DNA of 64,000 nucleotides from an uncultured Lachnospiraceae bacterium (GTDB lineage Bacteria; Bacillota; Clostridia; Lachnospirales; Lachnospiraceae). The stretch covers positions 12,666 to 76,665 of the forward strand of contig CACWHK010000004.1 of the NCBI GenBank assembly GCA_902760755.1, given 5' to 3'. A program made the position numbers and the translations under genes. This document shows, in pieces, positions 55,494 to 64,000 of this stretch. Every line of letters starts with the position of its first letter. Positions within the stretch are counted from its first letter, which is position 1. The notes beneath the pieces are model-generated. The model did not search any database. It was given only the letters and a program-made list of their open reading frames with translations, and was not told the origin of the DNA.

Positions 55494-56495
55494 ATGATAA
55501 AGAAAGAGGAACTGAATCTTACACAGGAATGGGATAAGACTTTCTCGAAAAGCGACAAGGTAGATCATGGCAAGGTAACTTTTGTGAATCGTTACGGAAT
55601 CACGCTGGCGGCTGACATGTATGTTCCTAAGAATGCTGAAGGAAAGCTTCCGGCAATAGCAGTAAGCGGACCCTTTGGAGCAGTAAAGGAGCAGAGTTCA
55701 GGCCTGTACGCACAGACGATGGCCGAGAGGGGATTTCTGACGATCGCTTTTGATCCATCGTTTACGGGTGAGAGTGGAGGATTTCCGAGATATATGGCTT
55801 CACCTGATATCAATACGGAGGATTATATGGCGGCGGTAGATTTTCTCTCCCTGAATGAAAAGGTGGATCCGGACAGAATAGGTATTCTTGGAATCTGCGG
55901 ATGGGGTGGAATGGCGATCAATACCGCGGCACTTGATACCAGGATCAAGGCAACCGTAGCATCTACCATGTATGACATGACCAGAGTAGGGGCAAAGGGC
56001 TACTTTGATTCTGAAGACAGTGAAGAAGCCCGTTATAAGCAGAGAGCAGCCATTTGCGCACAGAGACTTGAAGACTTAAAAGCCGGTGAATACAAGCGTG
56101 CAGGCGGCGTTGTGGATCCTCTTCCTGAAGATGCACCGTTCTTTGTGAAGGATTACTATGACTATTACAAGACAGACCGCGGATATCATGCAAGAAGCCT
56201 TAATTCCAATGATGGCTGGAACGTGATCGGATGTGAGTCGTTCATAAATCAGCCAATCCTTAAATACAGTAACGAGATCAGAAGTGCAGTTTTGCTGATC
56301 CATGGAGAGAAGGCACATTCCTGCTATTTTTCAAAGGATGCATATGCTGACATGATAAAAGATAGCAAATATACAGATAACAAGGAACTTCTTATCATTC
56401 CTGACGCAGTACATACAGATCTCTATGACGGCGGCGATAAGGACTATATTCCTTTTGACAAGCTCCAGATTTTTTATGAGCAGTATCTGCAGTAA
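55494..56495 (+). CDS. Alpha/beta hydrolase (YcjY-like, Cys nucleophile)
   Basis: GPFGAVKEQ, FDPSFTGESGG, GICGWGG, HTDLYD. Confidence 0.9.
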   Translation: MIKKEELNLTQEWDKTFSKSDKVDHGKVTFVNRYGITLAADMYVPKNAEGKLPAIAVSGPFGAVKEQSSGLYAQTMAERGFLTIAFDPSFTGESGGFPRYMASPDINTEDYMAAVDFLSLNEKVDPDRIGILGICGWGGMAINTAALDTRIKATVASTMYDMTRVGAKGYFDSEDSEEARYKQRAAICAQRLEDLKAGEYKRAGGVVDPLPEDAPFFVKDYYDYYKTDRGYHARSLNSNDGWNVIGCESFINQPILKYSNEIRSAVLLIHGEKAHSCYFSKDAYADMIKDSKYTDNKELLIIPDAVHTDLYDGGDKDYIPFDKLQIFYEQYLQ

Positions 56496-56643
56496 GGGAG
56501 GTCATTATGAGTAGTACCTGAGAAAGCGGTAAGCGGGCTTCAGGACTGGGTGGACTGCTTTGAAAAGGCAGAGTTTGCCGGATCACTGTTCTGCGGAGGA
56601 ATCTCAGATCCGGGAGAGGCAGACGGAAAGGATACAGAGAAGG

Positions 56644-57264
56644 ATGAAGCATATCAGTTTGGAAGGGCTCTGGAATAAGGGAAGAATAATAAGCGTCATC
56701 TTATTCGTATTTGTGATGCTGGTGTCTTTGACTGCGTGCGGACAGACTGAGACTACGAAGGAATCACCGGCTGAATCACAGGAAACAGAACCTGTTACAA
56801 TAACTGCCTCAGAGGATGCGGAAGCTGTTAATGAAGTCGGTGAAGTGACGACAGAATCTGAGGTCGGTGAAACAGAGATAGTTCAAGATAATGAATCGGA
56901 GCAGGAGTCAGATACGATGGTTATGGCAATAAATGGAAAAAAAGTTTCCGTAGAGTGGGAAGATAATGAATCGGTGGAAGCACTTATGGATCTTGTTTCG
57001 AAAGAACCGCTATCTATCCAGATGTCCATGTATGGAGGTTTTGAACAGGTCGGCTCCATAGGAACGAGCCTTCCGCGAAACGATGTACAGACCACGACAG
57101 AAGCCGGAGACATAGTCCTGTATTCAGGTGACCAGATCGTTGTTTTCTATGGTTCTAATTCCTGGGCGTATACTCGTCTTGGACGTATAACAGATAAGAA
57201 TGTAGATGAACTTGCTGAAATGCTTGGAAAAGAAGATGTGACGATTTCAGTCGATAGTGAATAA
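56644..57264 (+). CDS. Lipoprotein with cyclophilin-like fold domain
   Basis: LTAC lipobox, acidic linker, MSMYGGFEQVG, GDIVLY, YTRLG; start position uncertain. Confidence 0.75.
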   Translation: MKHISLEGLWNKGRIISVILFVFVMLVSLTACGQTETTKESPAESQETEPVTITASEDAEAVNEVGEVTTESEVGETEIVQDNESEQESDTMVMAINGKKVSVEWEDNESVEALMDLVSKEPLSIQMSMYGGFEQVGSIGTSLPRNDVQTTTEAGDIVLYSGDQIVVFYGSNSWAYTRLGRITDKNVDELAEMLGKEDVTISVDSE

Positions 57265-57290
57265 TATCGTATATAACTTGATATGAACCC

Positions 57291-57320
57291 AAAGGGATCG
57301 ATCAACATCGTTCCCTTTTA
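57291..57320 (+). terminator. Probable terminator
   Basis: AAAGGGATCGAT...ATCGTTCCCTTT followed by T's. Confidence 0.55.
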
Positions 57321-57578
57321 TTATGCCCGGATTTCCGGGCTTTTTTCATGAAATGGAGGTAAAGAAGATGATGAAGGAAAGACTGGGAGTTGAAGCTGTA
57401 TCCGGACTTCACTGCATTGGCACATTGTTGCAAAGATAAATCCGATATTCAAGTGTGGAAAAATCTGACCACTTTTTAGCCAATACTCAGGGCAACATTC
57501 TGTTGACTATTTCTGTGGTGAGCAGTGCTGGAGTGTGGTAGAATACAAACATGGTTGCAATATGGAGAGGTATATGTG

Positions 57579-58547
57579 ATGTCAATCTGGAATCCCTGGC
57601 ATGGGTGTAAAAAACTGAGTCCCGGATGTGCGAACTGCTATGTCTACCGAAGAGATGAGAGTGTATCCAAAACCGGTGACTATGATCTGCCTCTGAAAAG
57701 GAATCGGAAAAAGGAATACAAGCTCTCTCTGGAGGATGGGATAGTATATACATGCATGACATCGGATTTCTTTCTTGAGGAAGCAGATGAATGGAGAACC
57801 GGTTGCTGGGATATGATCCGGGAACGAAGAGACCTTTCATTCTTTATCATAACGAAGCGGATTGATCGTTTTGAGAAGTGTATGCCGCCGGACTGGGGAG
57901 ACGGATGGGACCATGTGACCATCTGCAGTACCTGTGAGAATCAGGATCGGAAGTATATAGCCGAAAAAGGTTTGGATACCATTCAAAAGCATGCGGAGGA
58001 TTTCGTTGAGAAGACTTCTTACCGATATGTCGTTTATGATGTGGAAACGCCAAATGCGTTGAATGATCGGATGAGTGCCATTGGAATCTCTGTCATAGAG
58101 GATGGGAAGATCGTAAAAGAATTCTTCTCCTATGTGGATCCTGAGACACATTTTGATCCGTTCAATGTGGAGCTGACCGGGATTGACGAGGATGTGGTTC
58201 GCGGAAAGCCGACATTTCCGGAGCTTTGGAAGGAAATCGAGCCGATCATGTCCAGCGGAATCCTTGTTGCTCACAATGCGGTATTCGATTTGGGAGTATT
58301 GAAGAGGTGTTTGGAAGATTACGGGATTACATGGAAGCCTTCGGTGAAATATGCCTGCACGGTTCAGATCGGTCGGAAACTGCTACCGGACATGAAACAT
58401 AATCTGAAGGTCATGTGTGAGTATTACGGTATCCCTCTGGATCACCACAAGGCTGACAGCGACAGCCATGCCTGCGCAGAGATCTTGATTAAGTATTTTG
58501 AAGAAGGCGTGGACGAGAAGAGTATCATCCGAACATATCGGTTTTGA
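57579..58547 (+). CDS. Chimeric ORF: truncated DUF5131 (Gp37Gp68-like), DUF4186-like fragment and DEDDh 3'-5' exonuclease
   Basis: WNPWHGCKKLSPGCANCY and TSDFF; then YIAEKGLDTIQKHAEDFV; then DVET, AHNAVFD, HHKADSD. Confidence 0.7.
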   Translation: MSIWNPWHGCKKLSPGCANCYVYRRDESVSKTGDYDLPLKRNRKKEYKLSLEDGIVYTCMTSDFFLEEADEWRTGCWDMIRERRDLSFFIITKRIDRFEKCMPPDWGDGWDHVTICSTCENQDRKYIAEKGLDTIQKHAEDFVEKTSYRYVVYDVETPNALNDRMSAIGISVIEDGKIVKEFFSYVDPETHFDPFNVELTGIDEDVVRGKPTFPELWKEIEPIMSSGILVAHNAVFDLGVLKRCLEDYGITWKPSVKYACTVQIGRKLLPDMKHNLKVMCEYYGIPLDHHKADSDSHACAEILIKYFEEGVDEKSIIRTYRF

Positions 58548-58605
58548 AAGCGGATGGTGTGAGTTTTATCTTTCAGAATAACGATTAAAAGAGAGTGTGT
58601 GAATA

Positions 58606-59265
58606 ATGATTGGTATATATTTTAGCGGGACAGGCAATTCAAAATATGCGGTGGAGTTGTTTTGTAAGGAATATGAAAATGAAAGCTATAACAGAAGCGG
58701 ATTTTATCGTATTTGCATATCCGGTTCAGTTTAGTACAGTTCCGAAGATCATGCGGGATTATATCACAGATCATAATGAACTGTGGAAGAACAAGAAGGT
58801 TTTTATAATCGCAACGATGGGGCTTTTCAGTGGTGACGGATCAGGGATGCTCGGACGTCTTTTGCAATGTTATGGCGCTGAAGTAATAGGCGGACTCCAT
58901 CTTAAGATGCCGGACAGTATAGCAGATGAGAAGGCATTAAAACGTCCGATTGAAAAGAATAAAGAACTTAGGAAGGTATAGGTGCTTTGTATAGGTTGGC
59001 CGGTTTCTTTGGACAGAGAGCATACTTTGGCCATAAGACCAGGGGATATTCCTCAAGGCTTAAGGTTGATACTGATAAATGTATCGGATGCGGACTATGT
59101 GAAAAGCTGTGCCCGATGAAGAACATTGCTATCAAGGATCAAAAAGCAGTGTCAAGTGACCGATGTACCATGTGTTATCGTTGTGTCAATAAATGCCCTG
59201 GACAGGCACTTACTCTTCTTGGAAAAAGGGTTGTAGAACAGTGTGGGATTGAGAAGTATATATAA
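58606..59265 (+). pseudogene. Fragmented EFR1-type flavodoxin-ferredoxin
   Basis: MIGIYFSGTGNSKY (ATG 58606) is out of frame with FAYPVQFS...; stop at 58981; last piece carries CIGCGLCEKLCP and CTMCYRCVNKCP. Confidence 0.8.
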
Positions 59266-59497
59266 GGAGAGTTCGTTTGAGCCGCTGGAGGAGCTGGAGA
59301 ATCAGGTGCATCTGGGCAGGGGGCTTACGCATATCGGATTTGCGGCGTTCCATCGGTGTGTGAATTTGAGGAGCGTGGTCCTGCCGGAGGGGCTGTTGGA
59401 GATCGAAACGTCGGCGTTTGCCGGGTGCAAAAGCCTGGGGGCTGTGAGGATCCCGAAGAGCGTGGTGCATGTTGGGACGGCGGCGTTTGCGCGGTGA
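59266..59497 (+). pseudogene. 3' remnant of a BspA-type (LRR_5) leucine-rich repeat gene
   Basis: IGFAAFHRCVNLRSVVLPEGLLEIETSAFAGCKSL repeats; no credible start. Confidence 0.65.
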
Positions 59498-59536
59498 GGT
59501 GATCTCTACCTCTGGGGAGGTCGTTCAGAAGAGCCG

Positions 59537-59603
59537 AAAATGTAGGCAAAATGTAGGCATAAAAATGAGAGCCCTTATTTTACAAGGACTCTCGAGTTTT
59601 TTT
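59537..59603 (-). other. Terminator-like hairpin plus tandem 11-mer (integration-end-like signature)
   Basis: AAAATGTAGGC x2 (59537-59558), then GAGAGCCCTTATTTTACAAGGACTCTC. Confidence 0.5.
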
Positions 59604-59608
59604 ATAGG

Positions 59609-60940
59609 TCATTGCGGGATGATGATTCCTCCGAAATACTCCGGCTCACCATTGCTGTCGTTCAGGACAAACCCTCTCGGCTTCAGAGTTATGTAGGATC
59701 CATCCGCTCTGCGGGCACGATAGCTGATGGAGTAGAGTACGGCATTTCCCTGTAAAACGGAATCCACCACCTCCAGATATCTTCCCACATCATCAGGATG
59801 TATGATGTACTCCCAGATCTTTTCGACGTGGTACATATACTCGGACGGGAGTCCGAAATCATTGATCAGGGATAGGGACCAGCGGGAAAAATCATATTTC
59901 AGATCCGTCAGAAAGACGTATCCGTCTCCCGCCACGGTATATAACGCCCCAAAAAGACTGTCAAGCTTTCGCTTTCTTTCGTCCGGAATACTGACATTTC
60001 CCAGCGGTTTCTTAACGCGTTCCGTAAGATTGCCGGTTTTCAGTTCACTTTTATTCAGATACATTTTCGCATCTGCGCGTTCATATACTTCATAGAAGCT
60101 CTTATCGATATCCGGATCAAACACCGCCATACCGCAGGCCAGAACCGGTCCGGAACGCATGCGTTCGTTCTCTTCGGACTCCTTCTTCAACTTATTCAGA
60201 AGGGATTTACGTCTCTCGTAGTCTTCCCCGGAAAGGATCACTGCAAACTCGTCTCCTCCGACCCGGTACACGGAGCTGTTCTCATAGACATCACATATCA
60301 TGCGACACGCCCTCTGGATCGATTCGTCTCCGAAGTAGTGCCCTCTCGTATCATTGATCAGCTTCAGATCGTTGATATCACACATGACAACGCCGAATTC
60401 CATATCCGTATCTCCGCTGCCGAGCTTCTCCTCGATCTCGTTGACATATTCCGTAAATGCATTCTTATTCTTGACCCCAGTCAGCTCGTCAAGTCTGGCC
60501 AGACGTTCAACGGATGTAAGAAGCGCCTCCTGTTCCTCTCTTTCCATGAATTCAGGCTCAACATTCTTTATACATCCCAATATGTGCTTGCCATCCTCAC
60601 ACATAATACTGATATGGCATATGTGCTCGATCCGACCTCCCAGAATAAATCTGCACACAACCAGACTGGAGTTATTCTCCGACAGCTTCTCCAGAAGCGA
60701 CTCCTTATTGATCATCTGAAGAACATACTCCATGTCATCCGGATGCACGACTCTCCTTGCCTGTTCCGAGAGAAATGCAAAAAAATCCGTTCCCTGCTTC
60801 GGAAGGTTCATCTCATCCAGCATTTGCGAATGAAAGAACTCTATAAAATTATCGGACTCTATATCCACGTAATATAAACTATCAAACTGTTTTGCCAGGA
60901 TCGTTGCAACCTGCCCAAATGCCCCCTGATCTATATTCAT
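59609..60940 (-). CDS. Cytoplasmic diguanylate cyclase with PAS-like domains
   Basis: VHPDD and IHPDD PAS motifs flank DELTGVKN, DINDLKLINDTRGHYFGD, RVGGDEF. Confidence 0.9.
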   Translation of the reverse strand: MNIDQGAFGQVATILAKQFDSLYYVDIESDNFIEFFHSQMLDEMNLPKQGTDFFAFLSEQARRVVHPDDMEYVLQMINKESLLEKLSENNSSLVVCRFILGGRIEHICHISIMCEDGKHILGCIKNVEPEFMEREEQEALLTSVERLARLDELTGVKNKNAFTEYVNEIEEKLGSGDTDMEFGVVMCDINDLKLINDTRGHYFGDESIQRACRMICDVYENSSVYRVGGDEFAVILSGEDYERRKSLLNKLKKESEENERMRSGPVLACGMAVFDPDIDKSFYEVYERADAKMYLNKSELKTGNLTERVKKPLGNVSIPDERKRKLDSLFGALYTVAGDGYVFLTDLKYDFSRWSLSLINDFGLPSEYMYHVEKIWEYIIHPDDVGRYLEVVDSVLQGNAVLYSISYRARRADGSYITLKPRGFVLNDSNGEPEYFGGIIIPQ

Positions 60941-61227
60941 CCGGCTATCCCTCCTGTCTGTTCATGATCTCACTTCACTCTTCCGGCCGGCCGACGTGTA
61001 CGGAACACTCCTCTCCGGCCCTCCGGAATCCCTACTCTATCGTATCACATTACGTGATAATGAACAATATACAATATAGGAAAGGGAAAAGGCATCTGCC
61101 AGAGAGAAGATTGGAAATGATGTTGTAATAATTGTCAAAAACTGTTATACTAAATCATACGAGTTGAACAAAAACAGACAGAAAATTCATCAGCAACTCC
61201 CTTTCCGGCTTTGGTCAGAAAGGAAAA

Positions 61228-61306
61228 GAGAATACATTTAGAAAAATCATGGAAACGTGATGACTCAAAGCTCCAGAGCCTGTCAAATGGTAGTCAGCTG
61301 CATTAT
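61228..61306 (+). ncRNA. GEMM-I (c-di-GMP-I class) riboswitch, A20 variant
   Basis: A-GA-AAA-ATCATG-GAAA-CGTGAT-GACTC-AAAGCT...ATGGTAGTCAGCTGC fits the GEMM-I layout: GAAA tetraloop on P2 and a compensatory A22-U45 pair. Confidence 0.8.
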
Positions 61307-61313
61307 AGAAACA

Positions 61314-61350
61314 ACGGGCATCGTCTACCATGATGATGCCTGTTTTTCTT
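61314..61350 (+). terminator. Riboswitch expression-platform terminator
   Basis: ACGGGCATCGTC/GATGATGCCTGT followed by TTTTCTT, right after the aptamer. Confidence 0.8.
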
Positions 61351-61444
61351 TATAGAAAATCGAATAAGCAGTTGAATGTGTTGCGCTTTTGTTGCGCACA
61401 GATTGTTACATTTAAAGTGAAGAATTAAAAAAGGAGGAAAATTG

Positions 61445-64000
61445 ATGAAAAAGAAGAAACGAAGATTACTAAGCATCCTGCTAAGTCTGGCGATGATGCT
61501 GGGGATGCTTTCGGGAATGAGTTTGACAGCGGTTGCTCAGGCTACATCTATAAACATCACCTTCAAATCCAGTGGTTCATCCTCAGATGGCACTTCGGCA
61601 CGAGACAGTATTGACTATATCATTGAGTCTGGAGCCGCATATGTGAGCAGTCTCTCTGCCTCAAAGGTGTTCAATGGTAAAGACGGATGCGGTATCAAGC
61701 TCGGCAGTACTAGCCAAGCTGGTTCGTTGACGCTGAATCTTTCCGACCCCATGACGGTTAGCGCCATAACTGTGGAAGCGAAAAGGTATTCTGTTTCAGA
61801 TAGTTGTGGGCTGAAGATTCAGGATAAAACATACGACGATGTCGGTAGTGATTTCGAAACCTTCACCTACACCTATGCGCAACCCACGGAGATATCTTCC
61901 GTTGCCCTGTCGTCAACCGGCAAGCGCATCTATATCAAGAGCGTTACGTTGATTGGACAGGCGGCTTCCGACCACACCCACAACGACGTCACCTTCACCG
62001 AGTGGACGGATGCGGTGGCTGAGACGCAGAACGGCGCGGGAGCAACCGCTGCTACCAGCCTCCCCAGCGTGGAGGGCAGTTACTATCTGACGGCGGACGT
62101 GACGATCAGTGGCACATGGTCTGTTCCGGGTACGACGAATCTCTGCCTGAACGGGCACAGCATTACCAGAACCGGCAACGGCAGCGTCATCTCCATCCCC
62201 CTTGATTCGACGCTGAATCTGTACGATGAGGAAGGTGATGCCGGTACAATCACAGGTGGTAATACTTCTAAAGGCGGAGGCGTGATGATCAATGGCGGCA
62301 CGCTCAATATGTACGGAGGAAAAATCAGTGGCAACAAAGCGACTTCTTATGGCGGTGGAGTCTGCATCGACAACAGTGGCGAGTTTGTAATGGATGGAGG
62401 TACGATATCAGATAATGATTCGTCCAACAACGGATTTGGCGGCGGAGTATGTGCTTATAACGGTACATTTATCCTAAAAAGCGGTCTGATCAGCGGAAAT
62501 AAAGCCAAAATTGGAGGTGGAGTGCAGGTATATTATAACTCTGATACCCAGTTTACTATGTCAGGCGGAGCGATTCAGGGTAATTCGGCGTTGGGTCAAT
62601 CATATTCAGCGCGCGGCGGCGGAATAGATATCATGCGTCCATTTACCATGTCAGGTGGTAAGATCTCAGGCAATTACACCGACGGACAAGGTGGCGCTAT
62701 GTATGTCCAGAATGATATTGTCATTAATGGAGGCGAGATCTACGGAAACAGTGCAGCGGCCGGCAGCGGTGGCATATATAACTCTAATTACAATATTAGT
62801 ATTTCCGGAAATGTACTTATAAAAGATAACAATGTCGGCGGAACGCTTGACGGCGATATCTATACCGGAGGTACAGTTAGCAATGTGTATTTTTCCGGAA
62901 CATCTGGTGGATTTAACATAACCGGTGCACTTGCACAAACAGCATCCATCGGCTTGACAATGAAAACTCCGGGAGTTTTCACATCGAGTGCCGAGGGTAT
63001 AAATGCAATTGACTACAAAGATAACTTTGTCAGTGATGATCCGGAGCTGTTTATCGCGAAGCAGGAGGATGGCGACGAACTGCAGCTCTTCCGGCAGCCG
63101 GTTTCGTATCTGGATGAAAACGGAGAGGAACAGCAGTGCAACGTATATACACCTGTTGACAAGAATACAGCATCATGGTCAAATGGTTGGTATTTTGTGA
63201 ATGACAGCATCACAATCAATAGTTATCAGGCATCTGTTTCCGGAACGGTTAATCTGATCCTCGGTGACGGTGCAACTCTGACTGCCGAGAAAGGAATAAG
63301 AGTAGTAGGCAGCTACACACTGAATATTTTTGTACAAAGTCATGGAACATCTACCGGTAAACTGATTTCTACCGGTGCTGACGGTCAGGCCGGCATAGGC
63401 AGCGCTGCTCCCGGGTATTCTAGTTCTAATCCTTCAGCCGGTGGAACAGTAAATATTTATGGTGGTGATATTACGGCAATCGGAGGTAAAGGTGCCGCAG
63501 GTATAGGCGGAGGTGCCCGATATAATTCGTCAAAGCAGGGTTGTCCGGGCGGCACAGTTAATATCTACGGCGGTACTGTTACCGCTACAGCCGGTGCGGC
63601 TGACGATGCCAAGGGCAGTGCTGTAGCCATCGGCGCAGGAGGAAGCGCAGAGGACCACGGAACCTTGACCCTCGGTGAAGGCGTGAAGCTGGAGACTTCA
63701 ACAGACGGCGAGATATGGATAGAAGCAACAGACACAACCACCAGAACGCAGTACATGAAGACCAGCTATACTGAACCGGTAGCGACCTATGATGTGTCGA
63801 TCACTGCCGGTGAGGGAATGACAAAGACAATGGATTCCGGTGAAGCATCGCAGACCGGTCTGACCGACGCGATGACTGATGTGGTTTATACCGCAAATGA
63901 CGGCTATTATTTCCCGACAGATTACAGCGTTGATGCTGTGAACGGAATCACTGTGACCCGCGACAGCTACACGCAGATCACCGTTTCCGGAACCCCAACC
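61445..64000 (+). CDS. Large secreted adhesin-like protein with beta-helix repeats (runs off window end)
   Basis: Not in the ORF track. AAGGAGG RBS; signal peptide MKKKKRRLLSILLSLAMMLGML; GGGV/GGKISGN/AGIGGG repeats; frame is open where I translated it, through to 64000. Confidence 0.85.
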   Translation, partial: MKKKKRRLLSILLSLAMMLGMLSGMSLTAVAQATSINITFKSSGSSSDGTSARDSIDYIIESGAAYVSSLSASKVFNGKDGCGIKLGSTSQAGSLTLNLSDPMTVSAITVEAKRYSVSDSCGLKIQDKTYDDVGSDFETFTYTYAQPTEISSVALSSTGKRIYIKSVTLIGQAASDHTHNDVTFTEWTDAVAETQNGAGATAATSLPSVEGSYYLTADVTISGTWSVPGTTNLCLNGHSITRTGNGSVISIPLDSTLNLYDEEGDAGTITGGNTSKGGGVMINGGTLNMYGGKISGNKATSYGGGVCIDNSGEFVMDGGTISDNDSSNNGFGGGVCAYNGTFILKSGLISGNKAKIGGGVQVYYNSDTQFTMSGGAIQGNSALGQSYSARGGGIDIMRPFTMSGGKISGNYTDGQGGAMYVQNDIVINGGEIYGNSAAAGSGGIYNSNYNISISGNVLIKDNNVGGTLDGDIYTGGTVSNVYFSGTSGGFNITGALAQTASIGLTMKTPGVFTSSAEGINAIDYKDNFVSDDPELFIAKQEDGDELQLFRQPVSYLDENGEEQQCNVYTPVDKNTASWSNGWYFVNDSITINSYQASVSGTVNLILGDGATLTAEKGIRVVGSYTLNIFVQSHGTSTGKLISTGADGQAGIGSAAPGYSSSNPSAGGTVNIYGGDITAIGGKGAAGIGGGARYNSSKQGCPGGTVNIYGGTVTATAGAADDAKGSAVAIGAGGSAEDHGTLTLGEGVKLETSTDGEIWIEATDTTTRTQYMKTSYTEPVATYDVSITAGEGMTKTMDSGEASQTGLTDAMTDVVYTANDGYYFPTDYSVDAVNGITVTRDSYTQITVSGTPT

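Noticed and set aside
56507-56521. ATG with strong RBS after the hydrolase gene
   Set aside because: It encodes only MSST-stop; probably the remnant of a deleted gene
10134-59608. Intact prophage or ICE
   Set aside because: No integrase, relaxase, conjugation or phage structural genes, and no tRNA 3' duplication was found
15524-60940. Hypr-type (cGAMP-making) GGDEF enzymes
   Set aside because: All three retain Asp in GHxxGD (GHDAGD, GHDEGD, GHYFGD), the c-di-GMP-specific residue

Overview
This window looks like the chromosome of a Firmicute, most likely a rumen-type Lachnospiraceae or 'Eubacterium' (inferred from gene content and Trp-rich cell-wall-binding tails). Bases 1-7.9 kb are core genes: dnaD (partial), murC, ilvE, an orphan AbiEi-type antitoxin, rsuA and rpmG-secE-nusG-rplK-rplA. 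Next come a three-gene cassette (acyl carrier protein, uncharacterised protein, Sfp-type PPTase) and tRNA-Arg(ACG). From about 10.1 to 59.6 kb lies an accessory region bracketed by two related integration-end-like motifs. It holds an AraC regulator, a GH16 glucanase split by CBM4 domains, two GGDEF proteins, a nitrilase, Hpt/HK/RR genes, surface proteins, an S8 protease-MATE-ATP-grasp operon and a VanY lipoprotein. It also holds an ABC exporter with a 3-module thioesterase-less NRPS, a STAS-kinase/phosphatase/STAS-kinase triad, a lipoprotein-type cysteine desulfurase, a LysR cluster and deletion-fused gene remnants. The window ends with a third GGDEF gene and a GEMM-I (cyclic dinucleotide) riboswitch with A at position 20, upstream of a large adhesin. 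The strongest signals are: (i) a TGTGATAC-N3-TGTGATAN-N9-TATAAT promoter repeated in front of three operons, suggesting a regulon; (ii) the NRPS, whose first A domain lacks the conserved Asp and which ends in a C domain; (iii) an apparently exported SufS-like enzyme; (iv) the A20 riboswitch. No CRISPR array, rRNA, integrase or transposase was seen. All family assignments come from motifs recognised by eye; no searches were run.
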